Origin: Octopus sinensis
Taxonomy: Eukaryota
Direction of reading: 5' to 3'
DNA length: 64,000 nucleotides
Assembly (NCBI RefSeq): GCF_006345805.1
Contig: NC_042999.1
Span: forward strand, 111,476,001-111,540,000
The first letter of the stretch is position 1. Every line of letters begins with the position of its first letter. The position numbers and the translations under genes were made by a program. Positions 11,285 to 23,419 of this stretch are shown one piece after another. Under the pieces are notes generated by a model that made no database searches, was not told the DNA's origin, and saw only the letters and a list, made by a program, of their open reading frames with translations.

Positions 11285-11484
11285 TTTTCTTCTTTAGATA
11301 CAAGGCCAGAAATTTTGGGGGGGATAGTCAATTAGATCGACCCCAGTACGCAACTGGTACTTAATCTATCGACCCCGAAAAGCTAATGTTGACCCCGGTG
11401 GAATTTGAACGCAAAACGTAAAGTCAGATGAAATACCGCTAAACATTTCGCCCGGTGTGCTAACGTTTCTGCCAGCTCGCCGCC
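11285..11484 (-). mobile_element. tRNA-derived SINE, family B
   Basis: Full head-to-tail similarity with the other family B copies. Confidence 0.85.
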
Positions 11485-12509
11485 TTATATATATTATGTA
11501 CTATATAAGGCATGTGTACATATGTATATATCAAATATGCATATATATGTATGTATATATGAAAACACTCTTACACACACCCATAAATAAATAAATAAAT
11601 AAATATGCACAAATATATATCTAGGTATGTTAAGTACATATATGTATCTTGGGTGACTTTTTATAATTATTTGCGTGCTTGTATGCATCGTATACATATT
11701 TATCAGCCATGGCTATAAACTAGTTTTAAATAGGGAGCATTTATCATCAGCAAAGTGGTTACTCCTTGTCACAATAACCACCAGGATACCTATATATGTG
11801 TGTCACTCACGTAAATAACTGAAATGTAGATTCAAACTCCAAGATAATCTAACGTTGTTTACAGTAAAGTTTTAACAACTTGTGTGACGCCATTGGTGCT
11901 AACATATCCGAATTTGCTCTTTTCTGACATGACATCAGTACTGTGAAAGGGTTTTATCTACTACGGGAACAACAGCTGGTTCAACACATCACACTGACCC
12001 AGTTATATTCTTTGGAGAGGATATTTCAGCTTTGCTTATCAACATCGAAACAAGATTGAAACCTAATCAGAAGTAGTTTTTTGTTGTTGTTTTCAGCTGC
12101 TGGGATAATGGACAAACTTATATCAAAGAAATACAGAGGCTCCTTTAGTACTTTATGGAGGATTTGCACAACGTAGATGAGCATGTGCCACGAAAAATAA
12201 TTGATAGCGATATAAGCAGTATTAATATGATTCTCATTTGTTAACGATATACATACAATTGTTTTTTATGCACAAAGAGTCCATATGAGAGCCCCTCTCA
12301 AGGCACATAACGCAGTATTCTGAGTTCTAACGCAACATCCAAATTAAGTTCGAGATAGATTGTTGTTTAGGAACAAAATTTAGTTGATTTCATGGTTCAA
12401 ATGGACATTTTAACAAATCATTAAATAATTAGCATAAAACAAAAAGTTTACAAATGAATCTTAAGTAGCCAAGTAGCCAAGTCTATGATTATAGATTTTC
12501 TTTAAATAA

Positions 12510-12722
12510 CCGGTACAAATTTTGTCACATGACCAGCAATTTTAAGGTGGGGAGGGTTAGTCGATGACGTCGACCTCAGTGCTGGACTGGTACTTATAAC
12601 ATCGACACCGAAAGGATGAAAGCAAATCGACCTCCGCTGAATTTGTCTTCAGAACGTATAGGCGGACGAAATGCTGCCAAGTATATTGCCTGTCGTGATA
12701 AAATATTCGAGCAGCCCGCAGC
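12510..12722 (-). mobile_element. SINE family B, diverged copy
   Basis: CTGGTACTT...GAAAGGATGAAAG...GACGAAATGC motifs are retained. Confidence 0.7.
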
Positions 12723-13498
12723 CTAATCCTCTTTAAATAAAGAAAGATAACTCATTTGGTAGTTATTTAACTAACCTCAGTTTTACAATGTCTTGAAAGT
12801 GTAAATAATTGTTAAATTGTAAAGAATTTCTAAGTCATTTCTTCTAAACGTTTGCAGTATATTCTTCGTTTGTTTTCTATGTTATATCTTATCGTTTCAA
12901 CGTAAGGAATATAGTATATTATACTCAAGCTCTTCCACTCTTATCATTGGTCTGTCTACAGCAAGACTAACTGCTTCATACTATCTAATATGGCATCTGT
13001 TTATATCATCAGTAACATAGGAAATTGATAAGGCTGAGCAGCATTGCTGCTGTGGTTCAAGCCTACGTTGCCTGGTATGTTCCCTATTCTTAAAGCACGT
13101 CCAATCAGGATTACTGTTGCTGAGAATGCCTTCCAAGATAATCGTTCATTATCATTTTTATAGAAAATCAACCCTACCTAAAAATCGTATATTGGAGTGA
13201 TCGCCTGACTTTATCGCTTTAGGTATGGTTTCATTTATTGTACAGGTCTAACTATTAGGAAATGGATTTGAAACTTATTAAATTACTATTTTAATTTTCC
13301 CAGCGATTAAACAGTTCCTAATAAAGTAAAATTTGTTGTCCAATTAGACGTGCAAATTGGTAAGAGATTTCTGCTGTATTTGTCAAGTTCACACAGACAC
13401 GCACACACGCATACACACATATATATTTAATTTGTTTACGGAAAACGTTTTGAATATGCAAATAAAGTTCTTATTCTACTATGCCGGACGCATCGAGC

Positions 13499-13660
13499 TG
13501 ATCATCTTCATAGATTCATTTCTTCGGACGATATAACATTAATGGATGTTTAACAGAGGGATGTTTATCAGTTCACACTGATCAAAAGGGATCAGCATCT
13601 TTCTGTTAAGCATCCACTAATGTTATATCGCCTGAAGAAATGAATCCATGAAGATGATCA
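13499..13660. repeat. Diverged 65-bp inverted repeat (32-nt spacer) with decayed hammerhead-like motif
   Basis: Arms 13499-13563 and 13596-13660. CUGAAGA A AUG-AAUC-CAU GAAG at 13632-13653. Confidence 0.8.
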
Positions 13661-14664
13661 AACCAATGCCCACGGATACTACGGACTACATTGTGATCAT
13701 CCCAAGAATACGGACTCTAATCTTAAGAGACATGTGATGTGTGGAAAAGTACGTAGTGATTAATTAATTGTTTATAAATTCCATTCAAGTATTAATGATT
13801 GTTATTATTACTGTATATATACAATAGACTGGAGTTTATTTGGCAAAAAAAACCCATCCCGAAATACAATATCTGTTTCAACATTCGACTTCAAATCAGG
13901 AATTTTGCACACATATATATAAATATATATGTGTGTGTTTGTGTGTGTGTGTGATATATATATATAATCAAAATAAGCAACATGATATCAAGAAGTGATG
14001 CAGTTCGACCATTTGAAACGGCTACATTTAATTGAACAATTCAATCATTACCTCAGTTTAAATGCAGAGCGATCATCAGCTGCACAAATACTCTAACTGA
14101 GCAAGAAGATGGAAGAAATCCATGTTGTCGGTATTGTAGCTAAGAATATGCTACACTTCCAAGAAGAGCATGAAACTCACTGGTGTCACAGCTTGTAAAG
14201 GATTGTGGTTTATTCCTAATATATTTGGTTTTTTATCAACTACTAAATCTAAAATTACAGGACTGTGTCTGTAATGAAGGGCAAGAATGAGTTGAAAGGT
14301 CATTGCTAGGTATGGTCATAAATATTATCAATTGGGTATAGAGTAACTGTCTATAAAAGGAGGCTGGGTAGGAGAATAACCTAAATTATGATGTTAATTA
14401 CCAGTTAAAGAGGCAAGACGCTAATAAAACCTATATATATATATATAATACAGTGTACATTTAAACACATTAAGAGGTATCCATCATAGGACTACCTTAC
14501 ACTAAGAAGAACAGCTAAAGTCCAAACTACTAATTAGGTATAAATTAGGGAATGAAAAATAAAAACATTTACCATCTATTTCCTGGACCAAGGTTTTTGA
14601 CTTTTTTTTAGCAAATAAAATAATTTGCCGGGCGAAGTCTTCGTCAACAGGTACGCCAAGATTA

Positions 14665-14702
<38 letters not shown>

Positions 14703-14704
<2 letters not shown>

Positions 14705-14960
14705 GGCGCGTAGCTTAGTGGTTAGAGCATTCGGTTCACGATCGTAGGGTTGTGTGTTCGATTCCCGGCGATTCGTTGTATCCTTGAGCAAGACACTTTA
14801 TTTCACGTTGCTCCAGTCCACCCAGCTGGCAAAAATGAGTTATACCTGCATTTCAAAGGGCCAGCCTTGTTATACTCTGTGTCACGCTAAATCTCCTTGA
14901 GAACTACGTTAAGGACACACGTGTCTGTGGAATGTTCAGCCACTTGCACGTTAATTTCAT
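14703..14960 (+). mobile_element. tRNA-derived SINE, family C (CORE-like)
   Basis: A box TAGCTTAGTGG, B box GTTCGATTC and TCCTTGAGCAAGACACTT box. Related to 26380-26620. Confidence 0.8.
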
Positions 14961-17378
14961 TCTTCGGCTGGGACCCACGTCGTCGTAATCGACGGAATGC
15001 TCCTTCAGTTGTCTAGGGCTTGTTTCTCAACATAGCTGCTGAACTATTGTTATTACGAAGCTTTGCATGTTGTACCGTTCTGTTATGGAAGCACATGTGC
15101 CCATTGATATTATATCGATCGAAATCGCTTATTCCTTTCATATTAATGACGTATGCACAGGTGTTTACAATGGAACTGCTTCACTGTATAATCAAAAAGG
15201 TGGAGACACAAGTACGTCTGTCGACGCTTGTGTGCTTGGTCGCATAAACGGGCAGCAGCGCCATTTGACTCATCCAAAATATGTTTCAGTAGATATGTCT
15301 ATAAATGAATTAGAGGCTTTAGCGCAATGCTCTAAAAGCTTAAGACATAGACAAGTCTTTTGATGTCAACCTGCCTGGATTTATACGGTTGTTGAAAAAA
15401 GCAGATTGTCAGTTTGTGTATCGACGTTCAAATCACTGAGTACTAGAAATATAAGAACATGTACCAGTTGCTAAGAAAAGTATTTTAAGCATTCTACATC
15501 TCGGAAACTAATATAAAACAAGATATCATAATTAAACTTTTGGAGCCAAATTTATAACCGGAAGTATAAGCCCTCACAACATCTATTTTATTTTACAAAC
15601 CATAAGTGACTCTATTTTTCCATGTGTGTGTTTTTAACTCGTAAATTAGTATAAGTTTCATATGTTTAGATTCACGATAAAACACGAGAAGTTTATACAG
15701 GGCCACATTTGTATAGTGTCTAAAATGCTGAGACGCAATTGATTTCTGCCTATATATCAGCTATGGAAAAATTATGCTAGAACATGAACGAGTTCATTTA
15801 AATTTCACTCTCGCAAAAACAGTCGTTACTTCATAAATATATGCACAATACTAATGAAATTTTATTCATGTATGAAACAGCCTACTTATTGAAAGTAAAA
15901 TAATATACATTGAATGTTTATCGGTTTTACTGTTTTATTTTTGAAGCTTGTAATTAATTATGGTTCATCAATGCTTGTGAATTAAATAACGAAAATGTAT
16001 TATTAAAAATTATTACACATTAAAATTTACGAGTTCTAAACATATTTGGGTAACAGGGCTAATAAATAGGCTATGTTACGATATGCAATAAATTTAGTTT
16101 AGTTGCAAGAAATGTTATATTCAAATCTAAGTGTTATTTATTAAAAATATTAATAATAACGAAACATTTGGTTAATTAAAGATGCAAGAAAGGGTGAAAA
16201 TATCGTGCCAGAAATTTCATTGATACTTACAGATATACACAACTAATTTTTATCTGTATATCTTTGATACCTTCAGCTGAAGATTATACTAAAGTACCAA
16301 AATATTTGGTATATTATTCAATTATCGAGACATAATTGTGGATGATTTTGATTTTCAAGCATGCGATGAAACTGGGAATTTGAAACGATTTTGTATATTT
16401 ATTAAAATACATTATACTTTGAATGTTGCAAAAAAAAAAAAGAAATTAAACAGTACTTGGTTATGCTCTACAAGAAAATAAACAAGTTACGTGGATGTAT
16501 TAAGTCAAAACACGTGATATGACAATTGCATCTGTAACTTTCAATGATGGCTATTTTTTCAAATATTTTTGTTGCAAAACTGTGGAACTGAGCAATTTAT
16601 TTTAATATACAGCAGAATGATTTTCTGTCTGCATCTGGAAACGTTCTAAAGAATAAATTATTTATATTTATGGAGGGAACTTGAGCGTGTATCGTACGTG
16701 CACATGTGCACTCGCGTCTTTGTGTTCGGCTGAGACTATCAGTGCGTGTATGAGCGTATGCACAGAATTCTTCGTCTGACTACCTAGTTAAACAGATATA
16801 GCATTAATTTACTGAGGGAGTGTGAGTGAGTTGTTTCGTGACAAGTACAATGTACGAGAAAAGAGGACATTAAAACTTCAGCCAAATAAACATCATTCTA
16901 GTAAAAACAGTAAAAACTCAACAGTATTTTTTCTCCGTATGCATTTTATAACCAGCAACAAATTAATATTTTTAGTTTCAATACATATTAATTATTCCTC
17001 TATCATCATAATATTTGTTTCTTGGAGTTGTATGTTTTTGCTTATTACATATATACATATATATTGTTTGCTAACCTTAAATTTTCTTGTATCAATATTT
17101 TTCATTTCATTTTGTGAAATATCTCAATGATAGAAATATTAAAGTTTTGTTCATTAGCATAGTAATAGAATACATTTTTATGACGTTGGAGCTCAAAAAA
17201 CTTCAGCTCTAGATAGTGTTTTGTGTTTGAATATTTATTGCCTATTCGCTAATGTTCCGACAGGTAAGCATTCATATTTACTTATATACTCACATGAATA
17301 TTCACTCACGTTAATACACACAGACATACACATACACACACTTATGTGCGTATGAGTGTATGTGGAATTGTTTTAACG

Positions 17379-17514
<136 letters not shown>

Positions 17515-17530
17515 AATGTATGTATGTATG

Positions 17531-17561
<31 letters not shown>

Positions 17562-17580
17562 TATATATATTATATATATA

Positions 17581-17611
<31 letters not shown>

Positions 17612-17638
17612 GTATGAATGTATGTATGTATGTATGTA

Positions 17639-17684
<46 letters not shown>

Positions 17685-18290
17685 CAGTAATAAAGCAGGT
17701 TGCACTGTTTCGCCAAAATGGGGAATTATAATTGTTACTAAATGTTACTAGGGTGTTAAAAACAACTACATCGCTAGAAATAAAAGCGAAAATACTCTAA
17801 TGGTGTAGTTAATGCACATTAATGAAGACATATAGACTAAAAAGAAAGATAATTGTCCGCAAATTCCGATCGTGTTATACATATATATATATATATATAT
17901 ATAACACGAGGATGGAAGTCAACAAGATATAATGGTAGATCACTACGTACGTTTCTGCTCTCCAAATCAGCTTTAAGGTTCATATTCATTGAACAATGAT
18001 ATACCACTAAAGCCTGGTGACTTCTGTCCTGGTGTTATATAATCATTAATCCTCAGCAGAAAGAAGTTTCCCATGTATACCCATACCCGCAGGAACGCCG
18101 AGATATAATAACGTGGTAGCCAAATAAAAGAATAGGAGATGAGAGCTCTTAAGCGCGCGTTACGAGGTTTTTGCCCAAAACACACGAAACATATACAATA
18201 TATATATATATATGTGTGTGTGTCTGTGTACATTATATATGTATGTATATATGTATGTATATATATATACATACATATATACATATATAT

Positions 18291-18339
<49 letters not shown>

Positions 18340-19659
18340 CATACATATATATATACATATATATATACATACATACATATAGCAAAAAAGAAAATAGAGG
18401 GGATACAAAAATGACATACATAAGCCAGTAGACATTCTATTTATTCTAGAACATAAAGTAGTATTAAAAGAATACATACACATGCAAAGACTGTGTGTTA
18501 CAGTTACACACATATATACTAGTAATATATAAAAGAGTAAAAGATCAGTTCGTTACGGCCGTTTCTGCCGAGAGGCCACGATATGCTCCATGCTGTCTCC
18601 ATCTCTTCAGTGTTCTGTAGGGATGGGTAGATAAAGTTTGGATGTTGAGTGTCTTTCAAGGCTTCTTCAGAGTGTCTTAATGGTTAGGAGAGCCAATACA
18701 TACAAGAATCAGTTACCAATAGGTATAGTATGTTTTTTCTTATTGAAGAGGGCATAAGAAGAATAGGAGTAAAATTTAGTGTGAGAGGAGTACAACTTAG
18801 TAAAATGGATTACGTATAGGAAAGGGGAAATAAGTCATAGACTTACAGTGTTGCCTTCCAAGATTCATGTTATTTCGTCCAGTGGTGGATAGGTGAATAT
18901 AGTCCTTCTTAGGAGGATTTTTTAAGAAGGATAAATTTAGACAGAGGTTCTTATTTAGTTTACATATATATACGATAGGTTTACAGTGGTGGGTTTGAAA
19001 GTATGGTGCGTGTTTCGGAGGTGGATGTTTATATGTAGGATGCCAACTGGTACTAAAAAGCGTATGGCCCCCAACTGGTGACTAAAGTACGGTGCTCGTG
19101 TTCGTTATTTTTCGATCAACAAGTCCCTGAATCCTTGTGTCCAGTGGAGTGGGGGTCATGGTCAGTCCTGCAATCTAATTGGTCAGCTATTTTTTTGAAA
19201 ACGATGATGCAATTCCGGTTCGTTGGTGGTTAATAGATAACACAAAAACAAAACATAAATAAATAAGTAAATAAATAAATGAATAAATAAACCATGGCCA
19301 CTATGGGCAAGTAGAAGACCAAATAGAATTAAAACTAAATTAAATTAAGACGAGTAAATAATTAAATAAATAAATAAATAAATGAGTGAGTGCGATAACT
19401 AAAGGGGATATGATCGTAAGGGACCATAAGAAAATAAATTGCAATAAAAATATAAAACATCTATCTGTCTATCTATCTATGTATCTATATATCTATCTAT
19501 CTATATATATATATATATATCTATCTATCTATCTAACTATCTATCTATCTATCTTTCTTTCTATATCTATCAGGGGTATCAGCTATATTGTTAAATGTAA
19601 TATAGGAACTGGACAGGGGATTCATTGTTGTCGGAAGTTAGAAGGAGGATTTCGTTACA

Positions 19660-19800
19660 AGGGACAACAGATGGACCCCAGAACTTATTGTTTGTAAGCT
19701 TAGTACTTGTTCTATCGGTCTTTTGCCGAACCGCTATGTTACGGGGATGTAAACACACTAACATCGGTTGTGAAGCTATGTTGGGGGTACAAACACAAAC
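19660..19800 (-). mobile_element. SINE family A, 3' half
   Basis: AGTACTTGTTCTATCGGTCTTTTGCCGAACCGCT matches the family A tail. Confidence 0.75.
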
Positions 19801-19907
19801 ACACTCACACACACACATACACACATACACTCACACACACACGCGCACACACAAACACACATACACGCACACACACAGATATATATATATATATATATAT
19901 CTATCTA

Positions 19908-19948
<41 letters not shown>

Positions 19949-19981
19949 TGATCAAAATAAAAACATGATGTGAAGGATTCA

Positions 19982-20059
19982 GCGGTACATATGTTTCGGG
20001 CCTTTATTAGACAGATGTATAAAAATGCATAATGTATGTCTGTGGCCTTCTTCAGCCGC
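19982..20059 (-). ncRNA. Putative type I hammerhead ribozyme, intact core
   Basis: Minus strand reads GCGG CUGAAGA A GGCC-ACAGA...UCUGU...GGCC C GAA ACAUAUGU A CCGC: stem I GCGG/CCGC, palindromic stem III, GUA cleavage between 19986 and 19985. Confidence 0.75.
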
Positions 20060-21909
20060 GCACAACAGCTTCCACAAGGACATGTGTTACATCAAAAATT
20101 CTTGGTTGGGGATGCAAATCCTCTCATTCGCGTACGACATAATGCGGCAGCAGCATAGAATTGAAGCGTCCATCTCTTTCTTCTCTCAATGTAGAATGAG
20201 GAAATTTGGATGTTGAAGTAATGTAAATAAAAAAATACATATATAGACGTGAAGATGGAGGGGCGAGAATTCAGGACGAGGGATAAAAAATGTATAAAAA
20301 GTGTAAGTCTAGAAAAATATAAAAATGTAGAGTATAAAGATATAAAGGGATATAAGGAGATGTCAAGGGGGTATAAAGAATATAAAGAAATATAAAGAAA
20401 TATAAATAAATGTAAAGGCATAAGGTTATAAAGTAAAATTAGAAATAGAAATAAAAGTAAAAAGTAAAAAAATAAAAATAGGAATAATCATGATAAAAAT
20501 GTAAAAAAATATAAAGATAAGGGATGTATAGAGGTTACGGACCAAACATGGTGGTCAGGAGATTGATAAAATTTAGTTGTAGAAGTTTTGGGTGTCAATA
20601 AATCAACAGTGTCGTCTGGGGACCTAATGTGTTGTAAATCAGAGCTGTTGAGCGTTTAATCTGGTTCTTTGAATTAATTGGTCATCTAGTACATACATAC
20701 CATCATGGATACATACACCCATATACACGCATACATATACGCCTCCAAGCCTATAAGCATACACACGCACTCACGTGTAAACATGTACATAAACACACAC
20801 ACACCCACACGCACGCGCGTACATATACATACATACAACAGAATATCCGCATGTATACACGGACATTATACGTGTACACACCCATATGTACATACGTGCG
20901 CCCATCCTTACATACACATACGCATATGCCCACGCTTCCAGGTTTAGATATAAGATATTAAAGGATGTATATAAGAACGTATGTAAAGAATCACGCACTC
21001 ACGTCTACACGTGCACGCACACACGGCTGTGTGTCCATATGTGCGTGCACATATACACTTACATACACACACAGAGACATACGCGCATATGGGTATAGCT
21101 ATAAGATATTAGAAGATGTATACAAATAGGTGTAAACATATGAATATAAGAAAACATGTAAAAAAAGAAAAACGGGGTATGTACATCCAGACGTAGATGT
21201 TTACTCGTACATATGCACATATATGTATACGTATACATACGTACACGGACGCTCGTATAATCATAAAGTGGATCCATAGGTAAGTAAATAAGGGATAAGC
21301 AAAAAAAAATAGACATATATAGAGATATAAAGCGATAAGTTAGGGGTAAGAATGAGGGTAAGGGTAAAAATTAGAAATAAAAATAAAAGTAAGAAATACA
21401 GTATAAAATAAGAAATACAATGTAAAAGTTAGAAATGAAATATAAAAATTATAAAAATTATAAGAATTAAGATAAGGGATGAAAATAAAAATGAGAATAA
21501 ATCGAAGTAGAATAAAAGTAAAAATAAAAGTAAAAATAAAAATAAAAATAAAAATAAAATAAAATAAAATAAAAATATAATTTGGTAAAGTTTAACATGA
21601 GATGAAGGTGGTTGAAAGTTAGAGGTGTGTGTTAAAGGTGCCCACGTAGGGGCGGGCGGGGGGAACTGAAAATTGGAAGGGTGGGAAGTGGAGTTTGGCG
21701 GTGTGCGTTCAACATCCGAGTTAGAAATGTGAAAGGGTATAGATATAGGGAAATAAAGAGACTATATAGGAAGGATATGGGTGTAGGAGAAGAAATATGT
21801 AGGGAAAAGAAGACATATATGGGAGACAAAATTTGTATATATAGGAGGAAAATGCAGGGAAACATATATGCACATACACCCACCCACACACACACACACA
21901 CACACGCAC

Positions 21910-21943
<34 letters not shown>

Positions 21944-22079
21944 GTACACATATGTGCACATACATATATATACGCACACATATACGCATATACACGCACA
22001 TATAGGAAAGCGGGATGTGCTGGAGCCGACAGGCTGCACCGGGTGGGAGGAAATTGCATGGGGGAGTTGGTATAATAAC

Positions 22080-22803
22080 CTAAGCTTTGTAGTATTTGAA
22101 AGTATTATTAAGTTTGTGTATACAGGATGGTTTGAACTCTGACCTTTTGTTAATAAGATTGTGTTTGTCTTTGAATTTCAAGATGTTCAGGAGTTCTACA
22201 CAACATAGTTGGCATCCTGCTCTATTATTTAAATAAGGTGCAGCTGATCCGATGATGGACCACCTGAGTTTGAAGCCTATGCATTTGTCTTTTAATTCCC
22301 AAATTCTTTTAGAAAGGGAGGTGCTGTTAGCCTTATGTCTGTGTTTCAGCGAGGACCGGTGGTTGTAGTATCTGGATTTCCAGGAGGTTGAGCAACCTAT
22401 GTAGGTGAGTGTGTTAAACTGGGTACTCACCTCACATGAATATATTACGTTTTTCGCCCTACATGCGCCCTGTAGCGGGCACTCTGATGCACATCTGCAG
22501 TTGCATTTTATTGCATTATTCGGTCGTGTGCTGCTAATCCCAGGCGGAGGTGTTGCAATATGAGTGGGGGCGTTGATATCCTCCTGGTTGTTGATGGGTG
22601 TAGTATTTCCTCTGTTGTGTTGGCGGGTGTTATTACTAACTGTTTTGGTAGTATGGCTGCCAGTTTGGTTATATTGTCTACTATCTAGATGAGGGGGGTT
22701 CTGTTGGTCGCTATAGTTTGCTCTTGATCTAGCTGTTCTAATATTAATATAGTTATGTTTAGCTATGAGGCAGCTCATGTTGGGCAGGGTAGAGTAGGAA
22801 ATC

Positions 22804-22805
<2 letters not shown>
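22080..22805 (-). pseudogene. PLE C-terminal linker plus GIY-YIG endonuclease (open frame, N-terminus and RT missing)
   Basis: RISYSTLPNMSCLIAKHN, CNCRCASECPLQGAC, VIY...YIG, RYYNH, LSKRIWELK, CQLC..E and LINKRSE..PSCIH motifs. The frame runs into (TA)n at 22806. Confidence 0.88.
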
Positions 22806-22842
<37 letters not shown>

Positions 22843-22874
22843 TTTATTTTAAGCAGCAGAAAATTCAACAAAAT

Positions 22875-22912
22875 CTGTTACTCTGAGTTTCTCATTGCCG
22901 TTCATCAGACAG
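22875..22912 (-). ncRNA. Minimal type I hammerhead ribozyme
   Basis: CUGU CUGAUGA A CG-GCAA-UG A GAA ACUC-A-GAGU A ACAG. Confidence 0.75.
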
Positions 22913-22928
22913 TTTTTGCTAGAATGGA

Positions 22929-22966
22929 CTGTCTGATGAACGGCAACGAGAAACTCAGAGTAACAG
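22929..22966 (+). ncRNA. Minimal type I hammerhead ribozyme
   Basis: CUGU CUGAUGA A CG-GCAA-CG A GAA ACUC-A-GAGU A ACAG. Core at 22933-22939, GUA cleavage after 22962, stem I CUGU/ACAG. Confidence 0.8.
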
Positions 22967-23068
22967 ATTTTGTTGAATTTTCTGCTGCTTAAAATAAAGC
23001 ATATTACTCTACCACTGGTATTTGAGTACTCTTTTTTCCACCTTGTTTCACATTTATGTGTTTACTCC

Positions 23069-23107
<39 letters not shown>

Positions 23108-23109
<2 letters not shown>

Positions 23110-23172
23110 GACGTGCTCATTTCAGTTTCCGTCTACCAAATCCACTCACAAGGGTCTGGTCGGTCCGGATCT
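23108..23172 (-). mobile_element. SINE family A fragment
   Basis: TTTCAGTTTCCGTCTACCAAATCCACTCACAAGG. Confidence 0.7.
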
Positions 23173-23369
23173 TTAGTATAAAATCAAGAGCATATATGTT
23201 TGAGTAGGATAATCGAAAGCGCTCACACACACTAAGAAAAAACTTCTTCCAAAATGTTTAGCAACATCGTGATAAAAGATTTTATAACATTTTTCTTAAT
23301 ATTGTTTTTTTTTTAATCTCCCTTATACTTAAAAACTGTATTAATAATTTTCACAGTGTGTTTCATATA

Positions 23370-23419
<50 letters not shown>

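Larger units (their letters stand above)
19945..22805 (-). mobile_element. 5'-truncated Penelope-like retroelement (endonuclease remnant, long low-complexity 3' region, terminal hammerhead)
   Basis: GIY-YIG ORF at 22080-22805, HHR at 19982-20059 on the same strand, (TA)n at both ends. That this is one element is an inference. Confidence 0.6.
22842..22999. repeat. 72-bp inverted repeat (1 mismatch, 14-nt spacer) carrying two divergent hammerheads
   Basis: Arms 22842-22913 and 22928-22999. Confidence 0.95.

Noticed and set aside
17935-17975. GAAACGUACGUA half-motif on minus strand
   Set aside because: No CUGANGA core or stem I 5' strand found.
18545-18675. GAAAC-GGCC-GUA with upstream CUGAAGA motifs on minus strand
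   Set aside because: Stem III is palindromic but there is no stem I partner for either core. It could be a decayed PLE terminus but is not supportable.
21900-22805. Selenoprotein-type (UGA/SECIS) PLE
   Set aside because: There is no in-frame TGA in the endonuclease fragment and I could not see an AUGA...AA...GA SECIS fold after the stop. A full-length copy is needed to test this.
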